Origin: a virus
Lineage: Duplodnaviria; Caudoviricetes
IMG/VR virus record: IMGVR_UViG_3300042542_006078
Reading direction: 5' to 3' (one strand)
DNA length: 64,000 nucleotides
The notes under the pieces are model-generated. The model was not told the DNA's origin and searched no databases. It saw only the letters and a list, made by a program, of their open reading frames with translations. A program made the translations under genes and the position numbers. This document shows, in pieces, positions 38,466 to 47,735 of this stretch (position 1 is its first letter; every line of letters starts with the position of its first letter).

Positions 38466-38720
38466 TTAGTTATCTGCCAATTGATCATCTGAGTCTGTAA
38501 TGGCAGATATCTGTCCTTTTGGGGCACGGCTATCGATTTCAACCGAATTGGATGCTGATGCCAATTCAGATCGAAGAACCATGACCTTTTTGGGGGCTTC
38601 GATACCAATCCTTACCTTATTACGATTATCGATTCTTACAATTGTTAGGGTTATGGGTTCCTCAAGACCGGGAACCCGAACGATTATTTGCTCATCCTTT
38701 TTGCGACTTAGTACCAACAT
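38466..38720 (-). CDS. csrA: carbon storage regulator CsrA/RsmA
   Basis: MLVLSRKKDEQI…VRIGIEAPKKVMVLRSEL (RNA-binding Arg44 equivalent kept). Confidence 0.93.
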   Translation of the reverse strand: MLVLSRKKDEQIIVRVPGLEEPITLTIVRIDNRNKVRIGIEAPKKVMVLRSELASASNSVEIDSRAPKGQISAITDSDDQLADN

Positions 38721-38929
38721 TTTTATTTCCTTTGTGGTATTCCCCGTATATGACGGTTTTCTAAGTTAAGTTAGTTTTGTTTCATAGAAATTTTTCACTT
38801 CTGGCAAAAAAAAACGATTTTGGTATTTACAACCAAAAGTAATCAAATTACAAATGAGTTAATGGCACGAAATAAACCTTTCTATTGTTTGGAAGGTAGG
38901 TGTCATTAACTTTAGTTACTGGTGTCACT

Positions 38930-39379
38930 ATGAAGCACAATAATAACAGCAACGGCGAATTTCGCCTTTTTTCTGAACAACTCAATCAGATTCGGGATTC
39001 TATTCGGGATCATGAAAAGGAAATTGAGACTCATATCGAGCATATTAGAAAGCTTCGACTCCAACAGAGGCGTTATGAAAAATGCAATCGTCTTCTTTCT
39101 GAAAATGATGATGACAACAAACCAGCCGCTACTCGATCCCGCTCTGCGTCAACAAATGATCCAAAACGCATGGCCTTGCCAGCACTTTTGGAAATGATCG
39201 GCCAACAACAGAACAAGGGAATCAGGTATAAGGATATGGCTGTTCTTGTGAAGAACTCTGGATATCGGAGCCATTCCAAGAACTTTAGCAACATGGTATA
39301 TCAAGCACTTGAAAAACTTGTCAATAAAGGTAGGTTTCAGAAAGACAGGGAAACTCTTGAGTACACATACGCAGGTTGA
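38930..39379 (+). CDS. coiled-coil + winged-helix DNA-binding protein
   Basis: N-terminal heptads; C-terminal GIRYKDMA…VYQALEKLVNKG.. Confidence 0.55.
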   Translation: MKHNNNSNGEFRLFSEQLNQIRDSIRDHEKEIETHIEHIRKLRLQQRRYEKCNRLLSENDDDNKPAATRSRSASTNDPKRMALPALLEMIGQQQNKGIRYKDMAVLVKNSGYRSHSKNFSNMVYQALEKLVNKGRFQKDRETLEYTYAG

Positions 39380-39402
39380 TTCAAGATGTTGTTGAATATT
39401 TC

Positions 39403-39433
39403 AAGCAGACAGGTCAATCCTGTCTGCTTTTTT
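39403..39433 (+). terminator. intrinsic terminator
   Basis: aagcagacagg-tcaat-cctgtctgctt then T run. Confidence 0.85.
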
Positions 39434-39538
39434 GTTTGCCCTCGAATAATAAGAAAAAACATATATACTCCGACAGGCCAATGAGGTAGATTACATCTGG
39501 AAATCCATCGAAAGATGTGGCTCTGTAAGGAGTTTCGC

Positions 39539-40801
39539 ATGGCTAGGAAAAAGGGGCCTTTTTGTGATTATTGCGGTCTTGCTAGTTCTCAAGTTGGTAC
39601 ACTTGTAGAAGGCCCAACAATTGACAAAGAGCAGAATGGCAGACCAGCAGGAAATAAGGTTTACATTTGTGCTGAGTGTATAGATGTTTGCCAGTCGATG
39701 GTTCGCAAAAAGTCTTCAACCAAGTTCAAGCTGGATGATTTGCCAACCCCAAAGCAAATTGTTGAAGAGCTTGATAAATCAATCATTGGTCAAGATAAGG
39801 CCAAGAAATCGCTTGCAGTCGCAATTATCAATCACTACAAGCGTTTGTCCCAAAATGTCGAAGTGACTGATGATGATCCATTTTCGGATGTGACAATTGA
39901 AAAGTCCAACATTCTTTTAATTGGCCCAACAGGAAGCGGCAAAACATCTCTTGCCAGAACAATATCGAAAATGTTGCGTGTTCCATTTGCAATTGGAGAT
40001 GCCACTACTCTCACCGAAGCTGGATATGTGGGAGAAGATGTGGAAAACCTCGTCCTCAAGATATTGAGGGAGGCCGACTTTGATGTCGATTTGGCTCAGA
40101 CTGGAATCATCTTTTTAGACGAAATCGACAAGATTGGGAAGACATCCCACAATGTGAGCATTACTAGGGATGTGAGCGGAGAAGGAGTGCAGCAAGCACT
40201 TTTGAAAATGCTTGAAGGAACAATATGCAATGTGCCACCGGGAGGAGGCAGAAAGCATCCTGAACAACAGTTTGTTCAGGTTGATACCACAAATGTGCTT
40301 TTCGTTTGCGGAGGTGCATTTAATGGTCTTGATGATATTGTTAAACGCAGAATCGGTAAAAAAAGCATGGGATTCAATAGCACTGCCAAAAATGAAAATG
40401 AAGATTGGTTTCTCGAACAAGTCACTCAAGAGGACTTGATTGAATACGGTATGATTCCTGAGCTTGTTGGCAGGCTTCCAATCGTGACTCCTTTGCGGGG
40501 TCTTGATGAAGAAGCTTTATTGAAAATTTTGACTGAACCTAAAGACGCATTGATTAAGCAATATCAAAAAATGTGTTGGCAGGACGATGTTAAGCTCGTA
40601 TTTACGAATGATTCCTTGAGATCCATAGCAAAGAAAGCTATTGATATAGGAACTGGAGCTAGGGGTCTGAGAACAGTCATGGAGGGATTTATGATTGAAA
40701 TTATGTACAATTTGTCCGAACATCAGGGAGAAAAAGTCACTGTGACTAAGGAAGTAGTGGATGGACAACCAGCTAAATTTAGCAAAAATTTGGCAGCATA
40801 G
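39539..40801 (+). CDS. clpX: ATP-dependent Clp protease ATP-binding subunit ClpX
   Basis: ZBD CDYCG…ICAEC; [15 protein letters not shown]; [15 protein letters not shown]; LDEIDKI; [14 protein letters not shown]; GRKHP; MGF loop; TGARGLR; SD aaggag, ATG 39539. Confidence 0.97.
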   Translation: MARKKGPFCDYCGLASSQVGTLVEGPTIDKEQNGRPAGNKVYICAECIDVCQSMVRKKSSTKFKLDDLPTPKQIVEELDKSIIGQDKAKKSLAVAIINHYKRLSQNVEVTDDDPFSDVTIEKSNILLIGPTGSGKTSLARTISKMLRVPFAIGDATTLTEAGYVGEDVENLVLKILREADFDVDLAQTGIIFLDEIDKIGKTSHNVSITRDVSGEGVQQALLKMLEGTICNVPPGGGRKHPEQQFVQVDTTNVLFVCGGAFNGLDDIVKRRIGKKSMGFNSTAKNENEDWFLEQVTQEDLIEYGMIPELVGRLPIVTPLRGLDEEALLKILTEPKDALIKQYQKMCWQDDVKLVFTNDSLRSIAKKAIDIGTGARGLRTVMEGFMIEIMYNLSEHQGEKVTVTKEVVDGQPAKFSKNLAA

Positions 40802-40827
40802 TTGACAAAAATAAGGCATTCTGTCTT

Positions 40828-41484
40828 ATGGACAAACAATTAAAAAAACTTACTCTTTGCGGGGATGTTCATGGCAATATCCCCGCATATCTTGATCTTG
40901 TCAAAAATTCAGATTATTCAATACAACTTGGCGATCTCGGCTTTATTTACAAGCCGATTATATTTAATGTTTCATCTGAATTTCACAAAATTGTAGCTGG
41001 AAATCATGATAATTATACTATAGAGAAAGGTGTGTTCGTTGATCAAACATCACATTTTCTTGGTGATTTTGGTGTTCATGTTGTTCCTGAAATCGGCTCT
41101 TTCTTTTTCATTCGTGGAGGACAAAGCATCGACAGGGATCAAAGGCTTGTTGGGATAGATTGGTGGCATGAAGAGGAATTGAGCTACGAAAAATGTGTTC
41201 AGGCTTGCAATTATTACCAAGAAATCAAGCCAGAAATCGTAATATCTCATGAATGCCCAAAAGAAGTAATTCCTTATGTGTCTAAAATGGAGAGATATAA
41301 CGGAAGGCCTATAAGGGAAAGCAGGACTTCTTTGATTTTGCAAAATATGATTGAAATCCATAGACCTAGGCATTGGTTTTTTGGTCATTATCATGTAAGT
41401 TGGTCTATGATGATAGGTAGAACGCAATTTCGTTGCCTGAACGAGCTTGAAACATTTAACATATTTGAAGGCGGTCTTTCATGA
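40828..41484 (+). CDS. calcineurin-like metallophosphoesterase
   Basis: GDVHG, LGDLG, GNHD, ISHECP, FGHYH. Confidence 0.88.
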   Translation: MDKQLKKLTLCGDVHGNIPAYLDLVKNSDYSIQLGDLGFIYKPIIFNVSSEFHKIVAGNHDNYTIEKGVFVDQTSHFLGDFGVHVVPEIGSFFFIRGGQSIDRDQRLVGIDWWHEEELSYEKCVQACNYYQEIKPEIVISHECPKEVIPYVSKMERYNGRPIRESRTSLILQNMIEIHRPRHWFFGHYHVSWSMMIGRTQFRCLNELETFNIFEGGLS

Positions 41485-42077
41485 ACTACTTGGTGTCAAC
41501 ATTTCTTGATGAAGAGAGTTGGGAAAAGTTTGGACTTAATTGGTTGAGAAGCGCCAAATCTGCTTCATTACAGGCTTTGATTATTGGCAAGAATTTGCCT
41601 GAAGTCGCACAACAGAAAATTAAAGAGTTGAATTACAAATTTGTTCCAGTCGAAAATAAATTCAAGACTGATTGTAATTTTCATTACACTCTTTCACGCA
41701 ATCTTGAAAAAGGACAAAGATGTTTGTGGACAAGACCTGATTTGTTGCCAAAGGCAGGATTTGAAACCGATGCAGATGTTACATGCTCTTATTCTAATAT
41801 AAATATAAATGATTTGGTTTCTCCAGTCATCAATCTTTATGACAGAGCAGCCATGATCCAGTCTTTGCAACAGAATATTGAAAAAATACATGGAAAATAT
41901 TTGTCGAGTAATTACATGCTCGGAACATCTGATTTTTGGAATGGTCTTTTTGGATGCAGGGCTTACTTATTTGAGAAAGGATATTTGCAAGGAAGTGGAC
42001 ACAGCGATGATTTGGTATTAAACTTTTTCATAGTCTTTGCAAACTCTTTTTCTGTAGAAGTGAAAAACTATGCCTGA
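41481..42077 (+). CDS. hypothetical protein
   Basis: 198 aa; ATGA-coupled. Confidence 0.6.
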   Translation: MNYLVSTFLDEESWEKFGLNWLRSAKSASLQALIIGKNLPEVAQQKIKELNYKFVPVENKFKTDCNFHYTLSRNLEKGQRCLWTRPDLLPKAGFETDADVTCSYSNININDLVSPVINLYDRAAMIQSLQQNIEKIHGKYLSSNYMLGTSDFWNGLFGCRAYLFEKGYLQGSGHSDDLVLNFFIVFANSFSVEVKNYA

Positions 42078-42189
42078 TTTCATACCAATGACACTATTTC
42101 ATATTGGGTCTTTTGTTTTTTTTATGATTGCAATGACCTTTGTATGTCTTTTTTTTATGGTAATATCGGAGCCCAGTGATAAAGAATGA
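42070..42189 (+). CDS. 39-aa single-TM peptide (not in the ORF track)
   Basis: MPDFIPMTLFHIGSFVFFMIAMTFVCLFFMVISEPSDKE; overlaps upstream stop and is ATGA-coupled to the next gene. Confidence 0.5.
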   Translation: MPDFIPMTLFHIGSFVFFMIAMTFVCLFFMVISEPSDKE

Positions 42190-42617
42190 GCATTCTCTTA
42201 TTTGTTTATGGAACTTTGAAAAATAATTTCTCTCGTTCCCTTGCAAATTTCAATCAGCACTATTTGGGAACAGCAAAGACAACACCAGAATACGCCATGT
42301 TTGCTCTCGGTGGTTATCCAGCCTTGCTAAATAAAAAGCTAGCAGTGCAAAATGATGTCGTTGCTGATAGGTCAATTTTTGGTGAAATATGGGAAATCGA
42401 TGATGAGTGTGTCGTAAAATGTGATAAAATTGAAGGTGTTGATTTTGACCTCTTTGAAAGAAGCCGCATTGATATTGAGGAATTCACTTTGTTAAATTTG
42501 CCTCTTCATAAAAGTGTATGGCAAGATGTCGAACTTAAAAAATCTTGGGCTTATTTGTACAAAAAGCCGATTAGAGGTGCTGCAAACTGTGGCTCATATT
42601 GGCCTCGTCATGGATGA
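42186..42617 (+). CDS. gamma-glutamylcyclotransferase / AIG2-like protein
   Basis: LFVYGTLK, YPAL, IFGEIWEI, DKIEG. Confidence 0.85.
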   Translation: MSILLFVYGTLKNNFSRSLANFNQHYLGTAKTTPEYAMFALGGYPALLNKKLAVQNDVVADRSIFGEIWEIDDECVVKCDKIEGVDFDLFERSRIDIEEFTLLNLPLHKSVWQDVELKKSWAYLYKKPIRGAANCGSYWPRHG

Positions 42618-42642
42618 TTAAAATTTACGGAAATTAATTAAA

Positions 42643-43011
42643 ATGGTTATTTTTTTATCTTTTCTTGGCGGAATTTTATTTGCATCAACTATTTTCTTTT
42701 TGTACAGAATTTTTCTTGTTGGTCAAATTGAATCACTGCAAAATAAATCGGTTCTCGATGATCTTGAAATAGCTACCAAGGAGCAATTGCTCAAGGAATT
42801 CAGGAGCAGACCAAATAATTCATATATTCTTTTGATGCCTCTCAATAAAAAAGATGAAGCTGGCATGAATATTGAACTGAATTCATTCTCGCCATACGAC
42901 AGCGTTAGTCTTTTGCATTTGGCAACTTGTCTTATATTCCGTGACATGAAAAATAGAGGAATGAGTGTGCCTGATTTGCCTCCAATTGATGAATATGACG
43001 ATCAATTATGA
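42643..43011 (+). CDS. membrane-anchored hypothetical protein
   Basis: N-terminal TM helix. Confidence 0.6.
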   Translation: MVIFLSFLGGILFASTIFFLYRIFLVGQIESLQNKSVLDDLEIATKEQLLKEFRSRPNNSYILLMPLNKKDEAGMNIELNSFSPYDSVSLLHLATCLIFRDMKNRGMSVPDLPPIDEYDDQL

Positions 43012-44150
43012 AAAAAAAAGCAAAAATATGTCTTAACACAATGGTCGCAAATGAATCTCATGTTATTTTGAGAATGTTGGAATCTTGTTGGAAATATATT
43101 GATTATTGGATTATTCAGGACAACGGCTCCAAAGATGGAACTCAGCAACTTATCACTAATTTTTTTGCTGAAAAAGAAATCGAAGGATTTCTTTATGAAA
43201 CTAATTGGCAATATCCCGGTATCAACAGAGATGATGCTTTGCAAAAATGTCTTGTCGCCAATCATGGTTGCGACTGGATTTTGAGAATAGATGCTGACGA
43301 ATCAATTCAAGTAAGCGATGATTTCGATTGGAGTCTTCTAGAAGATAATTCCATTCAAAGTTTTAACATTATGGCTTCTCAAGGAAATTGCATTTACCAT
43401 AGGTGTTGGTTGTGGAATGCTAAACTGCCTTGGAAGTTCAAGCACGACAAAAGACATGAAATTATTTACCTAGATGGAGTTGGGGAAGGATTCCAAAGAT
43501 ATCCTATGCCTGATGGATTTAGGCATGTTGTATTTGGTGATGGAAAATCTTGGTTCAATCCTACTAAGTTCTATGGCGATGCTCTTGAAATAGAAAAAGA
43601 TTTGTTAACATCTGGCAAAATGAAATCTGACTTTTATCATTTGTTTTACATTGCCAAAAGCTATCGTGATGCAGTTCTCAGCACGGATTCAAATTGGCCT
43701 TTTGGTGTGATCCATAGGGATGAATGCACAAGAAGAGCAATTTTCTTCTTTGAAAGATACCTTGATACTGCTCATGATTATGGAAAAAACAAAGATCCTA
43801 AATATATTGATGAAATGGGTTACATATCATTAATTTCAATTTCAGAATGTTATAGATTGATGGGCCAACACGAAAAATCACTCAATTGTCTCAGTGAAGC
43901 CGAAAAATTCTGCCCTGAGAGAAATGAACATTTATTGGAAATGGCTCATGTTTTTCTTGATATTGGTGAAAATCTAGATGCTTTAAGAGTTTTGATAAGA
44001 GCTTCTTCTCCTGAGAGAAAAAATCCTTTCCCTAATTATACTTTATTTTTGAATAATGACGCTTATTGCGACACAGGAGACTACATCCATCATCTTTGCC
44101 AAGAAATTCATCAGATTATTGTTGAAAAATCTTTGATAATTCAACAATAG
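43008..44150 (+). CDS. GT2 glycosyltransferase fused to TPR-like helices
   Basis: ICLNTMVANESHVILRMLES, IIQDNGSKDGT, LRIDADE, HE; C-terminal FYIAKSYRD…PERNE repeats. Confidence 0.8.
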   Translation: MKKKAKICLNTMVANESHVILRMLESCWKYIDYWIIQDNGSKDGTQQLITNFFAEKEIEGFLYETNWQYPGINRDDALQKCLVANHGCDWILRIDADESIQVSDDFDWSLLEDNSIQSFNIMASQGNCIYHRCWLWNAKLPWKFKHDKRHEIIYLDGVGEGFQRYPMPDGFRHVVFGDGKSWFNPTKFYGDALEIEKDLLTSGKMKSDFYHLFYIAKSYRDAVLSTDSNWPFGVIHRDECTRRAIFFFERYLDTAHDYGKNKDPKYIDEMGYISLISISECYRLMGQHEKSLNCLSEAEKFCPERNEHLLEMAHVFLDIGENLDALRVLIRASSPERKNPFPNYTLFLNNDAYCDTGDYIHHLCQEIHQIIVEKSLIIQQ

Positions 44151-44592
44151 TTTCATCGGCATTCTTGTGTCTAATCGCTTTGCCGCCCATTTCTTTCCAT
44201 TCTTTGATATTAATGTCAAGATCATCAATTAAAATGTTGTTTTCGCAGGAGTATTTCTTTTTCTTATCACTATGAGAAACGCACAATATTCTTGATGATG
44301 GGATGCCAAGATTGTTTTTGCACCATATTTTTTTACCTCTGGCAGCAGCACGATATCCAGAACAAGATGTTAGGATAAATGGATTGTATTTTTTGATATG
44401 GTCCCATAAAGTCGTGCAATCTTCTGTTCTAGGTAGATTTGCCCAGAAATCACAGTTTTCCTTTTCGCTAAGACTTTCCATGTGTTCGTAAAATTTGATA
44501 CTGAAAATTGGCAAAATGTCATATCCGTATAAATCATTCATATGTTTTTGTAAATCAACTAAAACTCCATCTAAGTCGCAAAAAATAACCAT
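44116..44592 (-). CDS. HAD-family 5'(3')-deoxyribonucleotidase
   Basis: IFCDLDGVLVD, ILTS, GK..W, ILIDD…W…GG. Confidence 0.85.
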   Translation of the reverse strand: MVIFCDLDGVLVDLQKHMNDLYGYDILPIFSIKFYEHMESLSEKENCDFWANLPRTEDCTTLWDHIKKYNPFILTSCSGYRAAARGKKIWCKNNLGIPSSRILCVSHSDKKKKYSCENNILIDDLDINIKEWKEMGGKAIRHKNADETIVELSKIFQQ

Positions 44593-44705
44593 GTGTTTTT
44601 CCCTCGTTGCTCAATATTAACTTAAAACTGTTTGAAATGCTAGTTTACTATTTTTTCAAAACGCTGTATATTGAACCCACTAGATGACAGAAACGCCATG
44701 ATGGC

Positions 44706-44993
44706 ATGAGGAATCAGATGAAAAATCTTATGGGAAAAAACCAAACCTTGCAGCTATACAAGGTGATAGCATCTTATGATAAAGATATAGACGATTGGTT
44801 TGTCGAAAGATTAGAAGCTACAGATACTTTTTTTGAAATCAAAGTTCCTAGCCAAGAGGAAATTTGCAAAAAAGTTGGAGTGAATAGGAAAAGGCACATA
44901 GCATTAGTTAGTAAGAATGATGTTTTCATTTGTGAAAAGTCAACCAATCGTCCAGTGGCATACATGAAAAAGGCAACCAAAGTTGATGATTAG
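44706..44993 (+). CDS. hypothetical protein
   Basis: 95 aa; candidate promoter TTTACT-17-TATATT at 44644-44672. Confidence 0.55.
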   Translation: MRNQMKNLMGKNQTLQLYKVIASYDKDIDDWFVERLEATDTFFEIKVPSQEEICKKVGVNRKRHIALVSKNDVFICEKSTNRPVAYMKKATKVDD

Positions 44994-45000
44994 CCGGGAT

Positions 45001-45297
45001 TCACGGATTAGTTTTATTTTCTTGCACTAATTCAAGAACCTTTGGCTTTTGGCCGATATATGTTTCATAACATTGAATGGCTTTTGTGCCATACAGAGTA
45101 AATGTATCTCCATATTTTAACGGTTTGTTCCAGTATGGAATAATAACTTGGACGCTTTTAAGTCCAAGTATTATATTTTCCATGCTGTTTGGCAATGTCT
45201 GACTTGCAAGTTCAACAGGATCAATTGGATTGACCCTGAATGTGTACTTGGGTTCTAACTTCATGTTTTTTGGTTTGCCCACGATTTCTCCTTTCAA
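45001..45297 (-). CDS. stand-alone copy of the domain at the C-terminus of ORF 23584
   Basis: PKYTFR…MENIILGLK…IPYW…LKYGDTFTLYG; SD aaggag; TAAATA directly upstream. Confidence 0.65.
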   Translation of the reverse strand: MKGEIVGKPKNMKLEPKYTFRVNPIDPVELASQTLPNSMENIILGLKSVQVIIPYWNKPLKYGDTFTLYGTKAIQCYETYIGQKPKVLELVQENKTNP

Positions 45298-45326
45298 TAT
45301 TTAAGTTAAAAAAATCAAATATTGAT

Positions 45327-45355
45327 TTGACATGATCAATTTATGGAAATATTCT
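45327..45355 (+). promoter_or_regulatory. sigma70-type promoter
   Basis: TTGACA-17-TATTCT, followed at once by hairpin CTGTCA-TCAAA-TGACGG. Confidence 0.65.
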
Positions 45356-45409
45356 TAATATAAATCTGTCATCAAATGACGGATATTCGTTTAAGAATCG
45401 GAGGTCGAT

Positions 45410-46324
45410 ATGAGCGAGAAAAAGACTGATTCAGTAATTAAATTTTTTTCTGATGAAAATTCTTTCTCAAATCTAAAAATGAGGGTAGCTATACTTGGAA
45501 AGATGCCTGATTTTGTTTCTTTTCAAAAAGGCATTCAAAAAATTGAAAAGATCAAGATGGAAAAGATAAATCCTGAAATGATGCCTTGTTACAAATCTCC
45601 TCTTTTGACTAAGGAACAAGAGGTTCATTTATTCAGAAAGTTTAATTATCTCAAATATAAAGCCAATAGTCTTTATGGAATTGAAAAAGAATCCAAATTC
45701 TTTGATGTAAAGAAGAAATTAGCGGATCACATCTATAAAAAAGCCATCCAAACCAGAAACTTGATTGCTGAAAGTAATTTCAGGCTGGCTACTCAAATCA
45801 TGAAACACAAGAAGGGCAATCAAGACTCCAACACAGAATCCGTATTGAGCGATGCTTACTGGGATGTACTCAAAGCGGTAGAATATTTCAACTGGACATT
45901 GGGACTCAGATTCAGCACTTATGCTACATGGGTAGTTAAGAAGAACTATTTTAGAGAAGCCAAGAACAAACAGACCAACTCGGAAAAGTTGACATTTCTT
46001 GATGATTCAAGAGCCGAAAATATTGAAGATCGAAATGGAATTAGTTCAGAAGAAAAAAATCAAGAAGCTAGGCAATATATGGTCAATAAGCTTATAAACT
46101 TATTGATTAAAGAAAATATAGGAACAGATAGGGCTAGGCAAGCTTATGTGCTTGAAAACTACTTTGGTGTCAACGGAAGAAAAAAGCTCACCCTTGAGCA
46201 GATTAGCGCACAGATTGGCGTAACAAAAGAAAGAGTGCGTCAATTGAAGGAAAAAGGATTGCAGTGGATAAGGCAAAAGGTAAACGATCTTAATCTTAAC
46301 ATGGAAGATGCTAGTTACTTTTGA
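45410..46324 (+). CDS. RpoD/RpoS-like sigma-70 factor
   Basis: region 1.2 PLLTKEQEVHLF; 2 RNLIAESNFRLA…RFSTYATW; 4 LTLEQISAQIGVTKERVRQL; region 3 largely missing; SD ggagg. Confidence 0.9.
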   Translation: MSEKKTDSVIKFFSDENSFSNLKMRVAILGKMPDFVSFQKGIQKIEKIKMEKINPEMMPCYKSPLLTKEQEVHLFRKFNYLKYKANSLYGIEKESKFFDVKKKLADHIYKKAIQTRNLIAESNFRLATQIMKHKKGNQDSNTESVLSDAYWDVLKAVEYFNWTLGLRFSTYATWVVKKNYFREAKNKQTNSEKLTFLDDSRAENIEDRNGISSEEKNQEARQYMVNKLINLLIKENIGTDRARQAYVLENYFGVNGRKKLTLEQISAQIGVTKERVRQLKEKGLQWIRQKVNDLNLNMEDASYF

Positions 46325-47022
46325 AAAACAACATCCAAAAACTTGATGTTATAATTCTTTCTTATACGAAAGATTTGTGTTACTATGGAATAACACAAAG
46401 ATGCATATCATCTTTGTTTAGAAATAATATAAATTTATCATTGAATGTTATAGTTGTAGAAACAAATAGTAATTTAGAAAATGAATATTTGTTTTATAAC
46501 GGATGTAAGGTTGTTTTACCTTGCGAAGAATTTAATTACAATAAATTTATGAATATAGGACTTCAATATTGTAATTCAGAATTTGTTATGATGTGTAATA
46601 ATGATTTGATATTTGGACACAATTCGGCAGAAAACCTTTTACAAACTATGATAAGCAATGACATGAAAAGCGCATGTCCTCTTGAGCCAAACTGGCATAA
46701 AACAAAACTGAGCGAAGTGGAATATCAGTCGCCAATTTTGGAAGGATATGAGGTTGAAAAACATATTGTTGGTTGGTGTATTTGCGCTGATAGAAAGATG
46801 TTGTGTGATAATCAAATTTTGGATGAAAAGTTTTCTTTTTGGTATCAAGATAATGATTATGCCAATACATTGAAGAAATTAAACATAAAGCACTTTCTTG
46901 TAAAATCCAGTCATGTCTATCATGAATTTAGCATTTCGCACAAACTACTAGGAAACAGAGCGCACGAATTAACACATGGCTTAAAAAGCGTTTACGAAGA
47001 AAAGTGGCAAGGCAACTATTGA
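46321..47022 (+). CDS. glycosyltransferase family 2
   Basis: DVIILS, IVVETN, FNYNKFMNIG, MCNNDL, LDEKFSFWYQDNDY, VYH. Confidence 0.8.
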   Translation: MKNNIQKLDVIILSYTKDLCYYGITQRCISSLFRNNINLSLNVIVVETNSNLENEYLFYNGCKVVLPCEEFNYNKFMNIGLQYCNSEFVMMCNNDLIFGHNSAENLLQTMISNDMKSACPLEPNWHKTKLSEVEYQSPILEGYEVEKHIVGWCICADRKMLCDNQILDEKFSFWYQDNDYANTLKKLNIKHFLVKSSHVYHEFSISHKLLGNRAHELTHGLKSVYEEKWQGNY

Positions 47023-47061
47023 CAATTTATTTTGAAATGAGACAATGAGTTTCTAGTAGTT

Positions 47062-47640
47062 TTGTTGAATATGCAAGGAAGTAATATGTTACAAGATGGA
47101 CTTTCTGCTTGTAAATCATGGAAGGGCAAAGCCCTTCTTGTTAACGATTTTTATCAGTCTAGGAGAATTGATAGTTCACTTGAGCCAATGTGGATTCATG
47201 GAGCATATGAAATTGTTAAAAATTATATTGATGATACTTTGCAAAAGGATCAAATTAAATTTTTCTATGATATCATTAGAAGTCATGAGTTGCCTGATGG
47301 ATTTGAAGTCCCATCCATGCCCAATGTTCCAAGTAGCCCAATTAGGATTATGCACGAAGGCTGGAAGATAGGTAGTCCAACTTGGATATTTATGGGTCGT
47401 AACCAACCGGGAGCAGCAGTCCATGTTAATGGAGATTGGATCGCAGTAAAAAGAACAATTCCTGCCGAAATGTACAAATTTTTCGATCCTCAACTCCCAG
47501 ATTCTATTTGGATGGCTTACAGCACTAAAAATCAAATGGCGAGTATGAATTCTTCTCAAGATGATGGTGGAATAGGTCCGGCCATGGATTTTGAAGACCT
47601 AGTTGAAGCAATTGAAAAGAAGATTGCACAGAAAGTTTGA
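47062..47640 (+). CDS. hypothetical protein
   Basis: 192 aa; TTGACA-16-GACAAT with TG at 47019-47046. Confidence 0.55.
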   Translation: MLNMQGSNMLQDGLSACKSWKGKALLVNDFYQSRRIDSSLEPMWIHGAYEIVKNYIDDTLQKDQIKFFYDIIRSHELPDGFEVPSMPNVPSSPIRIMHEGWKIGSPTWIFMGRNQPGAAVHVNGDWIAVKRTIPAEMYKFFDPQLPDSIWMAYSTKNQMASMNSSQDDGGIGPAMDFEDLVEAIEKKIAQKV

Positions 47641-47681
47641 TTTTAGAAATCATTAAAATTAGGATTATTCTTATCAAAATG

Positions 47682-47711
47682 ATAAGCCCCTTGTTGAAAA
47701 AAGGGGCTTAT
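47682..47711. terminator. bidirectional intrinsic terminator
   Basis: ataagcccctt/aaggggcttat stem between convergent genes. Confidence 0.8.
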
Positions 47712-47735
47712 TTGAATTTTTACTTATATGTAAGA

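Noticed and set aside
39470-39535. Hammerhead-like ribozyme in the clpX leader (AATGAG…GAAA…)
   Set aside because: The core lacks CUGA and the G10.1-C11.1 pair; only small hairpins (catc-gaaa-gatg) are supported.
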